Shown: positions 10,467-20,774, counted from the first letter of the stretch. The stretch: DNA of 64,000 bases from Prochlorococcus sp. AG-442-M23 (GCA_003209655.1 QCPW01000007.1:3149-67148); one strand, 5' to 3'. The notes: generated by a model not told the origin, from the sequence alone. Numbers and translations: made by a program.

Positions 10467-12053
10467 TTATAAGGTTACTGGATCGGAACTAGTAATACCC
10501 TCAACTTCAAGGATTAATTCAAGCAACTTTGTAGGAATTGGATCATCAATACTTAAAACCATAACAGCCTCACCTCTGACAATCTTTCTCCCAACTTGCA
10601 TTGAAGCAATATTGACATTATGATCACCCAGTAGAGAACCTAACTTTCCAATTATACCCGGCATATCTCTATGCCTAGTTATAAGCATAAATCTACTTGG
10701 AGAGACATTAACTGGATATTGGTCAATACTAATAATTCTTAATTCCCCATCTGCAAAAATGCTCCCTGCAACGCTGTGTTCTCCATTATCTCCAAATGTA
10801 GTTAACTGTAGTGAACCACTAGCAAACTCAGGTCTAACCTCGTCTTTACTTTCAACTACAGAGATCCCCCTAGATTCTGCTTCGAGAGAAGCGTTAACAT
10901 AATTTATGCGATCACCAAGAGCCTTACTTAACAGACCTTTTAAACTAGCTATGATTAAAGGCTGAGAAGGGTGTTGCACGAATTCACCTTGCAGCCTTAC
11001 CTCTAACTTTTGAATTTGCCCTCCAGAAAGTTGACTTATTAAAAGACCCATTGTTTCAGCTAATTGTAAATGAGGTTTCAGGCTATCCATAATATCCGGA
11101 CTCAAACCGGGTATGTTTACGGCTGTTCTTGCAGAAAGGCCCAAAAGGACATCTCTTATTTGCTCTGCAACATCTACAGCAACATTCTCCTGAGCCTCCC
11201 TGGTTGATGCTCCTAAATGAGGAGTAAGAATTAAATTTTTTTCAACTTTAAGTAGTGGCGAATTCGAGTCTAAAGGCTCTTCAGAGAAGACATCGATAGC
11301 AGCTCCTCCTATTAATGAATTATTAAGTGCCTCAGCTAAAGCTTCTTCATCAATTAACCCACCTCTCGCACAGTTTATTAATTTTGCATTATTTTTCATA
11401 CTTTTTAAGACCTTCATATCTACTAAGTTTTCTGTTTCTAAGGTCCTAGGCAAATGCAAAGTAACATAATCAGATTCCTCAAATAATATTTTTAATTCTG
11501 ACAATTTAACCTGTAATTGTTGTGCTCTTTCTGAAGAAACAAATGGATCATAGCCATAAACATCCATTCCAAGAGCATTAGCTACTTTCGCGACATGAGT
11601 TCCTATTTTTCCTAAACCAACAACACCAAGCTTTTTCTTAAAAAGCTCATTACCGACAAATTTTTTCCTTTCCCACTTACCCAAAAAAGTACTTTTATTG
11701 GCAATAGGTATATTTCTAGACAATGCCAACATCATTGCAATTGTGTGTTCAGCAGCAGCTATAGTATTACCACCTGGCGAATTAACGACGAGAACACCCT
11801 TTTGTGTAGCAGCCTTAACATCTACATTATCTACACCAACTCCTGCCCTCCCAATTATTCTAAGTTTTTTAGAAGAATTAATAATATCTCCTGTTACTTG
11901 AGTCCCAGAACGAATCATGAGAGCATCATAATCAAATATGATGGACGCCAATTCAGAGTTGGAGATTCCTATTCTCTGATCAACCTGAGCAACTTGTGAA
12001 AGAATATCAATTCCTGTTTGATCAATTGGATCTGTAATTAGAACTTTTGTCAT
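10467..12053 (-). CDS. serA: D-3-phosphoglycerate dehydrogenase with C-terminal ACT domain
   Basis: GVVGLGKIG NAD fold; 528-aa long form; ACT-like tail (PGIIGKLGSLLGDHNVNIASMQVGR). Confidence 0.93.
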   Translation of the reverse strand: MTKVLITDPIDQTGIDILSQVAQVDQRIGISNSELASIIFDYDALMIRSGTQVTGDIINSSKKLRIIGRAGVGVDNVDVKAATQKGVLVVNSPGGNTIAAAEHTIAMMLALSRNIPIANKSTFLGKWERKKFVGNELFKKKLGVVGLGKIGTHVAKVANALGMDVYGYDPFVSSERAQQLQVKLSELKILFEESDYVTLHLPRTLETENLVDMKVLKSMKNNAKLINCARGGLIDEEALAEALNNSLIGGAAIDVFSEEPLDSNSPLLKVEKNLILTPHLGASTREAQENVAVDVAEQIRDVLLGLSARTAVNIPGLSPDIMDSLKPHLQLAETMGLLISQLSGGQIQKLEVRLQGEFVQHPSQPLIIASLKGLLSKALGDRINYVNASLEAESRGISVVESKDEVRPEFASGSLQLTTFGDNGEHSVAGSIFADGELRIISIDQYPVNVSPSRFMLITRHRDMPGIIGKLGSLLGDHNVNIASMQVGRKIVRGEAVMVLSIDDPIPTKLLELILEVEGITSSDPVTL

Positions 12054-12152
12054 TTAAGATTGGTTCTTTAATCTTTTACTTTAACTTAATCTATAGTGTA
12101 TCTATCTTATTTTATTAATTTGAATAACACACAAACATTTGAGGATTGAAAT

Positions 12153-12719
12153 TTGACTAAAAGTATTGTGATATTTGAAGACATTGATAAATGTATCAAT
12201 CTTTTTGAAGTTTTCAAAGAAAAATCAGTAATGGTCTCTGAAGCTATTTTGATCCCACCAATGAATGAGAAAATATCATCAGGTGAAACAGAATTGCTAA
12301 ATGCGAAAGCAAATATCATATTCAAATCTCAAAATTTTGAAGATATAAGAATCTTAAATCCTAAACTTGATAGAAAGATTAGACAAAAAGAAATGAGTAG
12401 ATGGCTAATGCCATTTGGTTTTATAGCTGGAATAGCTTTTTCTAATATGACAAATTTATCTACTTTCAGCTTTCTTGGTTTAAATAACATCGGGGAATCC
12501 TTAATTGGAGGTTTTTTAGGAATGGGTTCAGGATATTTAGGTAGTGTTGTTTCTTCTGCAAGTATCAACATCAATAGAAATAAAGAGTTGAGATCAATTA
12601 TCAATTTTAATAAAGAGGGTAAATGGCTTGTTCTGCTTGAAAATCAAATTGGAACTGAATTACCTTGGGCTTTGATAAAACAATCAGAAGCAAAAGATAT
12701 AATTTTTTTAGAAGGCTAA
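12153..12719 (+). CDS. Hypothetical membrane-associated protein
   Basis: 188-aa ORF with a non-ATG (TTG) start. Central Gly-rich hydrophobic segment. Abuts the next gene with no gap. Confidence 0.5.
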   Translation: MTKSIVIFEDIDKCINLFEVFKEKSVMVSEAILIPPMNEKISSGETELLNAKANIIFKSQNFEDIRILNPKLDRKIRQKEMSRWLMPFGFIAGIAFSNMTNLSTFSFLGLNNIGESLIGGFLGMGSGYLGSVVSSASININRNKELRSIINFNKEGKWLVLLENQIGTELPWALIKQSEAKDIIFLEG

Positions 12720-13511
12720 ATGATTGACTTAAAAGAAATATTAATAAATTCAAACTACAAAAAAGAAACTGAGGAATTAATAAATATTGCTAATTTAGCT
12801 CACAAACACTGGGAAACTTATTGGACTGGGTTTCATTCAACTTATGTTTGCGAGGAAATTTTAAAAGATTTTGAAAATTTAAGTGATTTTAAATTTTTTA
12901 TTTATGGAGGATTCTCCTCTTCTCAAAGATCTAGGATAGCTTGCTTTAGAGCAGATAACATTCCTGAAGAGGATGTGCTAAAAAGTAATTTCCCAGCTCA
13001 AGGGATAAAAATTAATGGCAATTTTTTATTTGATAATGCTACACAAGACGACTTTAGATCCCTATTAATTGAAAATGGGGTAAGTAAAATAAAATTAGGG
13101 GATATATGGACCATTGGCGATAGGGGGGCTCAAGGAATAATTGATAATTTGGATGTTAAATATTTAAATGAAAATTTTTTTTATTTGAGAGACGTAAAAG
13201 TCAAAATTAATTTAGTTGGTATAGATGAATTACAAATACCTTCTGGAAGATCAAAAAAACTTGTTAATACAGTAGAAGCTTCAACAAGATTAGACGCTAT
13301 AGCTTCAGCAGGTTTTAGGATATCACGAACCAAAATTATTGCAAGGATAGAAAATGGAATGCTCAGATTAAATGGAAGCAAAGTTAATAAGCCTACTATT
13401 AATTTAAAAATTGGCGACAAACTAGAACTTGAAAATAAAGGATTTATCGAAATTCTAAATATAGAAATCACCAAAAGAGAACGATGGAAAGTTAAATTAC
13501 TTAGAAAATGA
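12720..13511 (+). CDS. S4-domain RNA-binding protein (YlmH-like)
   Basis: C-terminal S4-like segment (RLDAIASAGFRISRTKIIARIENGMLRLNG); 263 aa. Confidence 0.65.
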   Translation: MIDLKEILINSNYKKETEELINIANLAHKHWETYWTGFHSTYVCEEILKDFENLSDFKFFIYGGFSSSQRSRIACFRADNIPEEDVLKSNFPAQGIKINGNFLFDNATQDDFRSLLIENGVSKIKLGDIWTIGDRGAQGIIDNLDVKYLNENFFYLRDVKVKINLVGIDELQIPSGRSKKLVNTVEASTRLDAIASAGFRISRTKIIARIENGMLRLNGSKVNKPTINLKIGDKLELENKGFIEILNIEITKRERWKVKLLRK

Positions 13512-13560
13512 AACGCAACCTGCTATTTTCTTATTAGGGGGATTAAAAATTCTTCAATTT

Positions 13561-13632
13561 GGGCGATTAGCTCAGTGGTAGAGCACTACCTCGACACGGT
13601 AGTGGCCACTGGTTCGAATCCAGTATCGCCCA
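13561..13632 (+). tRNA. tRNA-Val (anticodon GAC); CCA not encoded
   Basis: Cloverleaf folded by hand. Acceptor GGGCGAT/ATCGCCC, D arm GCTC/GAGC, anticodon stem CTACC/GGTAG with loop TCGACAC, T arm ACTGG-TTCGAAT-CCAGT. Confidence 0.8.
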
Positions 13633-13700
13633 TGAAAAGTTTTGACAGCCTAGGGTTGTATCCACAGAAAATAATTTCATTTTTTAGATTATTAAAAAAG

Positions 13701-14318
13701 ATGAAACTTAATCAAATAATTAATCTTCATAAGGGGCTCACTGCATTTGTAGTAATAGGTCTTATGATTCTTTTTGATAATTTTACTATCGCTCCCTACG
13801 TTTATTTAGCTCTACATGGTACTTATGGATTACTTTGGCTTCTAAAAGAAAAAATATTTCCGGATCCTTATTTTAAAGAAAAAATCAATTTTTTAACTTC
13901 AATTACTGGTTTTATTTTCCTTGGAAGTTATTGGGTAGCTCCCTACATTCTTATCTCATCTCAGAAATCTGTTCCAAATATTGTAATAGCTGCTTCTGTA
14001 TCTATAAATATAATTGGTGTGTTTTTACACTTTGCTAGTGATGCCCAAAAATATTTTTCTCTTAAACTAAAAAAAGATTTAATTAAAGAAGGATTTTTCG
14101 AACATATAAGGAATACAAATTATCTAGGCGAAATACTAATTTATCTATCTTTCGTCATCCTTTCAATGAGTTTCATTCCATTATTAATTCTAGCAATATT
14201 TTTCTCTATAGTTTTTCTGCCAAGAATGATAAAAAAAGATAAATCACTCTCAAAATATGATTCGTTCGAAGAATACAAAAAGAAAAGTGGTCTTATTTTA
14301 CCTAAATTAAATGCTTGA
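13701..14318 (+). CDS. Polytopic membrane protein, ICMT/DUF1295-like
   Basis: Track ORF 13575..14318 overlaps the tRNA, so I place the start at Met-43 (MKLNQ). Multiple TM helices and an NTNYLGEILIY motif. Confidence 0.6.
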   Translation: MKLNQIINLHKGLTAFVVIGLMILFDNFTIAPYVYLALHGTYGLLWLLKEKIFPDPYFKEKINFLTSITGFIFLGSYWVAPYILISSQKSVPNIVIAASVSINIIGVFLHFASDAQKYFSLKLKKDLIKEGFFEHIRNTNYLGEILIYLSFVILSMSFIPLLILAIFFSIVFLPRMIKKDKSLSKYDSFEEYKKKSGLILPKLNA

Positions 14319-14862
14319 TAACAACTTACCAAGTTGGAGACAATATTTAAAATCTTCTAGAAAAAAAGAGGGCAAATCACCTTCTAATAGATGGATACAG
14401 CTTGCAACAGTTAGCGAAAAAAATGAACCAAGATTAAGAACAGTAGTTTTTAGAGGATGGCATAAAGATAGTTCAATGATTATTTTTACAGATAGAAGGA
14501 GTGAAAAAATTGAACATTTAAAATCTAACCCTAATGCAGAAATATTATGGTTGTTTTTGAAAACCAAATCACAATATAGATTCAAAGGTAAAATAAGTGA
14601 ACTAATTGATAACAATAATTATTGGAATACATTATCAGAAAAATCTAAATCTTCTTGGTTTTGGGGATCACCTGGAAAGAAAATAAACCCAAAAGTGCAA
14701 TCTAATAATGAATTATTATCCAATTTACCTAAGTCAGAAAATTTTGTAGTTCTAAATTTTGAAATCGATTCAGTAGATCTTCTTAAATTAAAACAGCCTA
14801 CTCATAAAAGATATTTATGGGAAAAGATAAAGAGATGGGAAAAAATTGAAATTAATCCTTAA
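14311..14862 (+). CDS. Pyridoxamine-5'-phosphate-oxidase-like FMN-binding protein
   Basis: WIQLATVSEKNEPRLRTVVFRGW split-barrel N-terminal pattern; 183 aa. Confidence 0.6.
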   Translation: MLDNNLPSWRQYLKSSRKKEGKSPSNRWIQLATVSEKNEPRLRTVVFRGWHKDSSMIIFTDRRSEKIEHLKSNPNAEILWLFLKTKSQYRFKGKISELIDNNNYWNTLSEKSKSSWFWGSPGKKINPKVQSNNELLSNLPKSENFVVLNFEIDSVDLLKLKQPTHKRYLWEKIKRWEKIEINP

Positions 14863-14930
14863 TTATTTCTAAATTGTATATTTAGGTTGAAAAACATTTA
14901 GGGATCGGTCAGTTTTAAAAAAGAAGTATT

Positions 14931-15110
14931 ATGCATATGAATTTCTCAGAAATTCCAGAAAACCCTTTAATTTTTTTATCTTGGGTGACTGTTATAGGAC
15001 TTTTTATAAGTCTTTCTGAAGCAACAATTAAGATAAAACTCGAGAAAAGAAACAGTACTCGAAAAAGGTTAGAGCTAATTAATAGCCTTTATCCTAAAAA
15101 ATTAGCTTGA
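14931..15110 (+). CDS. Small membrane protein candidate (59 aa)
   Basis: Below the track cutoff. One hydrophobic helix (LIFLSWVTVIGLFISL) followed by a basic tail. No homology evidence. Confidence 0.3.
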   Translation: MHMNFSEIPENPLIFLSWVTVIGLFISLSEATIKIKLEKRNSTRKRLELINSLYPKKLA

Positions 15111-15653
15111 AGTATCTGAGAGTATGTTTGCTTGAAGGAATTGGAATAAACCACCTTTACTTGCTTCTTCTTTAATTACGACTTCCTTAGAAGATTTTGA
15201 TTTTGTTGAAGATATAATTTCTTCTTCATCTTCAGATTTCAAAATTCTAATAATAACTTCATCCAAAGAGAAATTACCAGGACCTGTTAAAGCAATTGAA
15301 GTAGCTGAAGCAAAATACAGAAGTAAGAGTTCTAGTAGAAAAATATTAAAACCTGAAGTAATAAGTGCATGATATATAGCGACAGAAATTGTTCCAACAA
15401 TTGCTAAAGCTCCGAATCTTGTAGCTAAGCCGATAATTAATAACCAACTCCCACCGATCTCTGAAAATGCCGCTATGTATGATAAAAATATTGGGAATGG
15501 AAGATGTAATGGTCTGACGAAAGCATCAGCAAAATTTTCTATATTTGCTAATTTCTCATAACCATGATGAATAAGAACAGTTCCAGTTATGACTCTAAGA
15601 ATTAATAAAGCAGTATCTTTGCTAATCGATTTGGTGAGAATTGTTGAAAGCAC
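15102..15653 (-). CDS. DoxX-family membrane protein
   Basis: LRVITGTVLIHHGYEKL N-terminal pattern, four TM helices, acidic/Ser-rich tail. Confidence 0.65.
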   Translation of the reverse strand: MLSTILTKSISKDTALLILRVITGTVLIHHGYEKLANIENFADAFVRPLHLPFPIFLSYIAAFSEIGGSWLLIIGLATRFGALAIVGTISVAIYHALITSGFNIFLLELLLLYFASATSIALTGPGNFSLDEVIIRILKSEDEEEIISSTKSKSSKEVVIKEEASKGGLFQFLQANILSDTSS

Positions 15654-15789
15654 TATAAAAAAATTGTCCTTAAGTAAAAATAACTAGTCACAGTAACCAT
15701 CGTGGATTAAACAGCAAAAGTCGCACCTAATTAAGTATTTATACTCACTCATCTAAATAATTCTTTTTCTGATTATGAATTCATCTAAA

Positions 15790-17004
15790 TTAAAAATTAT
15801 TTTTTGAATAATTTTCGTATATTCTCTGATTAATTTTCGGAATATTTTCTTTAAATTTGAAAAAACCCTTTTTGGCGAATTCCCACGCAAATAAATCTTC
15901 ATCTCTTACAAGATTAAAAATTTTTTTATTTTGATAATTTTTAAACTCAGTTATAAAATCATAATTTTCTCCCACTCCAGGATAAATAATGTCTATTTCC
16001 TTAATATCTTTAAAAGAAATTTCCAGTGAATATGGATCAATCTGTTCAACATTATCAAATTGCTCTACAAATTCAGAGACCAAATCTTGTTTAAAATTCA
16101 AAACGGATTCAGACAATTTAATTTGTCTTTGTTCATTCTTTAAAAGGATAATAAATACTTTTTTATAGCTTGGAAGTAAGTTTTTAAGGGTTGCAAGGTG
16201 CAGATCATTTTCAAACATAATCAGATTATCTGATTTAGGATCCATATTATTTTTATAAATCTCATCTTCTAATGGTATTTGATTAGATTCTTCAAGAAAA
16301 ATTTGTTTATTAATTATTTTTTCTGCATTCAATCTATTATTTGAAAATTTTCTGAGGTTTGATGATGAAAAAAGATATTGCTTTCCCTTAGTTTGCAATC
16401 CTCCGACCCATCTCCAGCTAAGGAGATTAGATGCAGCATCACCATCAAAAAGATATTTAAAGAAAAACTTTGCTCCTAATTGCCATGGGAGGCCTAAATT
16501 AAATATCCATGTACTCGCAAACCACATTCTTGTATGGTTATGCAAGTAGTTATACTGCTTTAATTCATGGACCCAAGAATTAAAAAAATCTATTTCTGTA
16601 TTGCCATTAATTGCACTTTCATATAGCGCATAATCAAAATTAAAATTTTTTTCTGAAATAAAATTTCGCCAAACTTTAGGTCTATTTTCCATCCACCCTT
16701 TCCAGTAAACTCTCCAAAATATTTCTTCAACAAATTTTGTTGAATTTTTGATTTTGTACTTACTTTTAATATCATGAATCAGATCATATTCCGACAAAAT
16801 TCTATGCGTAATGAAAGGTGATAATTTTGACACTGAACTTTCGTTGTTTGGCCCAAAATCAAAATTTCTTAATTTTGCATAATCATTAATTTTATATTTC
16901 GCAAAATTGTCCCAGATACTTTGAGCTTTTAATAAAAATGACATTTTCTGATAACTATAAAAATTTTTTTGTATTGATAGAAATTTCAAAAAATTAGCCT
17001 GCAA
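15790..17004 (-). CDS. Photolyase/cryptochrome-related FAD-binding-domain protein
   Basis: HNHTRMWFASTWIFNLGLPW...FDGDAASNLLSWRWVGG resembles the photolyase FAD-binding domain. Confidence 0.7.
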   Translation of the reverse strand: MQANFLKFLSIQKNFYSYQKMSFLLKAQSIWDNFAKYKINDYAKLRNFDFGPNNESSVSKLSPFITHRILSEYDLIHDIKSKYKIKNSTKFVEEIFWRVYWKGWMENRPKVWRNFISEKNFNFDYALYESAINGNTEIDFFNSWVHELKQYNYLHNHTRMWFASTWIFNLGLPWQLGAKFFFKYLFDGDAASNLLSWRWVGGLQTKGKQYLFSSSNLRKFSNNRLNAEKIINKQIFLEESNQIPLEDEIYKNNMDPKSDNLIMFENDLHLATLKNLLPSYKKVFIILLKNEQRQIKLSESVLNFKQDLVSEFVEQFDNVEQIDPYSLEISFKDIKEIDIIYPGVGENYDFITEFKNYQNKKIFNLVRDEDLFAWEFAKKGFFKFKENIPKINQRIYENYSKNNF

Positions 17005-17219
17005 ATTAATCCTTGAAATTTTCTATTTCAATTACATGTAAATATGTTTGATTGAAGTATTTAATATAAACTCCTCGTCAGTACATTTTATACTCTTAAA
17101 TCTCTCTCTGCGTAGGAAGATATTTAGTTGACAATTACTTTTTAAATCGAGTTTTAATTTTTAAATCTTTATTTAAATGATTTTTTCTAAAAGATTTTTA
17201 AATATTTATCAAAATTATT

Positions 17220-17969
17220 ATGAATAATATTTTAGTGAGAGATGTTAAGTATCTTGATGAACAATACAGAATAGGTGAAGGCATAATTTCCGATGATGCA
17301 TTTAAGCAACTTGAGAAACTCTTTATACCTGTTGAACCAAATTATGACTACTTTAATCAAAAAATTAATAGACTTTTGCCAAAATTAGCTAAAGAAAACT
17401 ATAAAGAATTTTTGAGAAGTTTATTAATAAAAACAAGATTAAGCATTCAACCAAAAATTGATGGCTGCGCTATTGCAATTAGATATAAAAATGGCAATTT
17501 TAATAAAGCTATTACAAAAAAAGGATTTGATGTCTCAAGAAAAATTAAACAAATTAAAAATGTCCCCGATTGTATTCCTATCAAACGAGATTTTCAAATT
17601 AGAGGTGAACTATACGCCTCAAACCAAATTGCCGGAATTTCCCAAAGAATTGCAAGAAAATACCTCAATGATAAAAAAGGGATTGGAGAAAGTCTCCGCT
17701 TTTGCTGTTTCCAAATACTTAATGGAAGACTTAATCAATATGAAACCCTTAACTATCTTAAAAAATGTGGCTTTAGCACCCCGGATAGTTACTTCACCAA
17801 TAATACAAGCGAAATCGAAATATATAAAAAAAATTGGTTAGAGAAAAAAATATTTGCGAAATATCCTGCTAATGGGATAGTCATTAAAATAAATAGTAGG
17901 AAACTACAGTTACTAAGAGAGAAAAGTTTATCTCAAAATAACGAATGGCAATATGCCATTGAAAAATAA
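17220..17969 (+). CDS. Stand-alone NAD-dependent DNA ligase adenylation (nucleotidyltransferase) domain protein
   Basis: LigA Ia-like start (YLDEQYRIGEGIISDDAFKQLE), KxDG motif (QPKIDGCA) and RGE motif (IRGELY). The ORF ends just after an AIEK motif-V-like site, so the OB, Zn, HhH and BRCT parts are absent. Confidence 0.6.
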   Translation: MNNILVRDVKYLDEQYRIGEGIISDDAFKQLEKLFIPVEPNYDYFNQKINRLLPKLAKENYKEFLRSLLIKTRLSIQPKIDGCAIAIRYKNGNFNKAITKKGFDVSRKIKQIKNVPDCIPIKRDFQIRGELYASNQIAGISQRIARKYLNDKKGIGESLRFCCFQILNGRLNQYETLNYLKKCGFSTPDSYFTNNTSEIEIYKKNWLEKKIFAKYPANGIVIKINSRKLQLLREKSLSQNNEWQYAIEK

Positions 17970-18076
17970 TACTAACTAATGCCCTTAAAAAGAGCTCACG
18001 ATACTGAGTCCAATTATTTACAGTAGAAAGGTAATTATTTTTGGTTAAATTCCAAAGCAATTTGCAGGATTACTAA

Positions 18077-19006
18077 ATGACTGCCACTATTTCAAGACCT
18101 AAAATCTCTAACTGGGAAACGTCTAATATTCCAAACCTTACAGACAAAACAGCACTAATAACTGGTGCAAATAGTGGTTTAGGATACTACACAGCAAAAG
18201 CCTTAGCCGAAAAAAATGCTCATGTAGTTATAGCTTGTAGATCGCTTGAAAAAGCTAATCAAACTATCAAAAAACTTAAAGTTCTTAATCCTGAAGGAAT
18301 ATTTACACCTGTAGAATTAGATTTGTCAGATTTAAAAAATGTTGTAGAAGTTCAGTCTAAAATTTTTGATGATTTTGAAAATTTGGATTTACTAATCAAT
18401 AATGCAGGCATAATGCATCCGCCTAAAACACTTAGTGCCCAGGGATATGAAATACAATTTGCAGTTAATCATCTAGCTCACATGCTTTTGACCCTAAAGC
18501 TTCTTCCAATTATTGAAAAAAAAGAAGAATCGAGAATAGTGACGGTTACTTCTGGTGCACAATTTTTTGGCAAAGTTGGTTGGAAAAATCTGAAAGCCGA
18601 GAACTATTACAACAAATGGGAATCTTATTCCAATAGCAAATTGGCAAATGTAATGTTTGCTTTGGAACTAAATGAGAAATTAAAAAACAAAAATACAATT
18701 TCTTTAGCTGCTCACCCAGGAATTGCAAAAACAAATCTCTTTACTGCTCAAAAACCTAAACCTAGTCCAATAGAAACATTCTCCATGGAATTATTTAGCC
18801 CTATTTTTCAATCTGCTGAGATGGGTGCTTTACCTCAACTTTTTGCAGCTACTTCACCAGAGGCAAGAGGCGGTGATCATTATGGTCCTAAGTTTAATTT
18901 CAGAGGTCATCCAAAACTATCCCCTACTTCTCCTTTTGCTCTTAATAAAAAAGAAAGAAAAAATTTATGGGAAAAAAGCCTTGAAATACTTAGCAACTTC
19001 TTATAA
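18077..19006 (+). CDS. Short-chain dehydrogenase/reductase
   Basis: TGANSGLGY cofactor motif and YSNSK catalytic motif. Confidence 0.87.
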   Translation: MTATISRPKISNWETSNIPNLTDKTALITGANSGLGYYTAKALAEKNAHVVIACRSLEKANQTIKKLKVLNPEGIFTPVELDLSDLKNVVEVQSKIFDDFENLDLLINNAGIMHPPKTLSAQGYEIQFAVNHLAHMLLTLKLLPIIEKKEESRIVTVTSGAQFFGKVGWKNLKAENYYNKWESYSNSKLANVMFALELNEKLKNKNTISLAAHPGIAKTNLFTAQKPKPSPIETFSMELFSPIFQSAEMGALPQLFAATSPEARGGDHYGPKFNFRGHPKLSPTSPFALNKKERKNLWEKSLEILSNFL

Positions 19007-19267
19007 ATTTTTCATTTTTACTAGCTTTAGAAAATACTTCAAGATATGTAATTCACTCTCTGAGAGTTTCATAAATTCTATTAAGGCATCATAATTTTTT
19101 TCATCAATTTTTTTTGACAATTGAATAAAACTATCATGGTTTTCATTAACAAAGCGCTCAGCAATCTGAGATGGAGTTAAACCCTGTTCTATTAATTCAC
19201 CTGGAGCATTTTTCTCCCACTTTTCATAAAACCAAGAGAACCAATATTTTGCAGTATTATCTTCCAT
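19001..19267 (-). CDS. Hypothetical protein, paralogue of 30132..30461
   Basis: Shares WxxW, IAERFV/VAEKFI and DE..D.L..F.KL.E.E.H motifs in the same order with the 109-aa island ORF. Confidence 0.55.
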   Translation of the reverse strand: MEDNTAKYWFSWFYEKWEKNAPGELIEQGLTPSQIAERFVNENHDSFIQLSKKIDEKNYDALIEFMKLSESELHILKYFLKLVKMKNL

Positions 19268-19346
19268 TAATTAACTTTTATTAGACGAATTCTATAAATA
19301 CTGAAGAAAGATCTCATGATTGAATTAACCCTTAAACCCAATTAAT

Positions 19347-20774
19347 ATGAATGCAATTATAAATTTAATGATAGATAATAATCATTCAAGTAAACGAAAA
19401 AATATTAATCTTGTAATTGGATTAGGTAAATCTGGATTTTGGGCTGCCAAGTATTTGAGAAGCATCGATAAGAGAGTAATTGTTTGGGAAAATAAAGATG
19501 GGATAGAATTCTTAGAAAGAAAAACAGAATTGGAAGAACTTAATATACTAGTTTCTCTGAATAAAGAATTTGTATTTGAAGAAATTAATCCTTTTGTGAA
19601 AGAGATTGAAACTGTTGTTGTAAGTCCATCAATACCTTATGACCATAAAACTATTATTAAATTAAAAAAAAAAGGAATTAAAGTTATTGGAGAAATTAAT
19701 GTTGCATGGGAAATTTTAAAAGACACAAATTGGATAGGTATTACTGGCACTAATGGCAAAACTACTGTTACTCATCTACTAAGCCATATACTCTGCGAGA
19801 CTGAATTATATGCTCCTTATGCTGGAAATATTGGCACACCTTTATGTAAATATGCATACTCCAAAAAACGTGAAAAAATTGATTGGATTGTAGCTGAATT
19901 AAGCAGTTATCAAATAGAAATATCTCCAGAAGTAAAACCTAATATTGGAATCTGGACAACCTTCACAGAAGATCATCTTGAAAGACATAAAACACTTGAA
20001 AACTATTTCAACATAAAAAAAAGCTTGCTAGAAAAATCAGATTTTAGAATTTATAATTATGACGATAAAAATCTAAGAAATAACTACAGTTCACTATCAA
20101 GAGGGGTTTGGATAACAACTAGTCTCGAGAAATCAAATTTTATTCAATGCGATTATTGGATAGATGATCAAGCATTCATTATTGAGAGAGGAAAGAGACT
20201 TTTCAAACTTGAACATTTTTCTTTAAAAGGGATGCATAATCTTCAAAATCTTTTATTAGTCATAGCAGCAGCAAGAAAAGTTGGATTATCTGGAAAGAAG
20301 ATTAAAGATTCTTTATCTAATTACAAACAATTACCGCATAGGATGGAAACAATTTATAAAAATAATGATCTAGAAATAATTAATGATAGTAAAGCAACAA
20401 ATTTTGATTCATCTATTGCAGGAATAAATTCAATTAAAGGCCAAATAATGATAATTTCTGGGGGCAGATTAAAAGGCAATAAATACACTGAATGGATAAA
20501 AGTTTTAAAGAAAAAAGTTAGATGTGTTTTTCTTTTTGGAGAAAGCTCAAAAGTAATAAAAATGGCGCTCATTAATGATGGATTTAAAAAAGATATTTTT
20601 GAATTTTCAGAACTCAAAGAACTTTTAAATTTTGTTTTTAATTATTTACAAAATAACAGGGTTGGAACATTATTGTTCTCACCTTCGTGCTCTAGTTTTG
20701 ATCAATTTAAAAATTATGAAGAGCGTGGAGATTATTTCAAGAAACTAATAAGTGAAAAATTAAAGGTTAATTAA
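19347..20774 (+). CDS. murD: UDP-N-acetylmuramoylalanine--D-glutamate ligase
   Basis: VIGLGKSG and [10 protein letters not shown] motifs. The true start may be an internal Met a few codons downstream. Confidence 0.9.
   Translation: MNAIINLMIDNNHSSKRKNINLVIGLGKSGFWAAKYLRSIDKRVIVWENKDGIEFLERKTELEELNILVSLNKEFVFEEINPFVKEIETVVVSPSIPYDHKTIIKLKKKGIKVIGEINVAWEILKDTNWIGITGTNGKTTVTHLLSHILCETELYAPYAGNIGTPLCKYAYSKKREKIDWIVAELSSYQIEISPEVKPNIGIWTTFTEDHLERHKTLENYFNIKKSLLEKSDFRIYNYDDKNLRNNYSSLSRGVWITTSLEKSNFIQCDYWIDDQAFIIERGKRLFKLEHFSLKGMHNLQNLLLVIAAARKVGLSGKKIKDSLSNYKQLPHRMETIYKNNDLEIINDSKATNFDSSIAGINSIKGQIMIISGGRLKGNKYTEWIKVLKKKVRCVFLFGESSKVIKMALINDGFKKDIFEFSELKELLNFVFNYLQNNRVGTLLFSPSCSSFDQFKNYEERGDYFKKLISEKLKVN

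Noticed and set aside
10023-12604. Several 60-90-aa ORFs (10023..10211, 10224..10472, 11698..11901, 11745..11999, 12107..12325, 12329..12604)
   Set aside because: All are antisense to or nested in prmA, serA or the 188-aa gene, so they are shadow frames. The same applies to 96..278, 509..715, 4472..4660, 7644..7880, 13181..13474, 14141..14615, 16590..16775, 17458..17841, 18546..18734, 18825..19094, 20354..20617, 22201..22482, 23260..23697, 25270..25500, 26865..27047, 31090..31290, 35399..35608, 44005..44211, 58703..58885 and 59006..59215.
13575-13700. N-terminal 42 codons of track ORF 13575..14318
   Set aside because: This stretch overlaps the tRNA-Val gene. The hydrophobic protein plausibly starts at the Met at 13701.
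17005-17219. LexA/SOS box or NtcA site (GTA-N8-TAC) in the photolyase-like/ligase-like divergent region and upstream of the SRAP gene
   Set aside because: AGTACATTTTATACT looks superficially box-like but does not fit the cyanobacterial RGTAC-N3-DGTWCB pattern. No convincing NtcA palindrome was seen.
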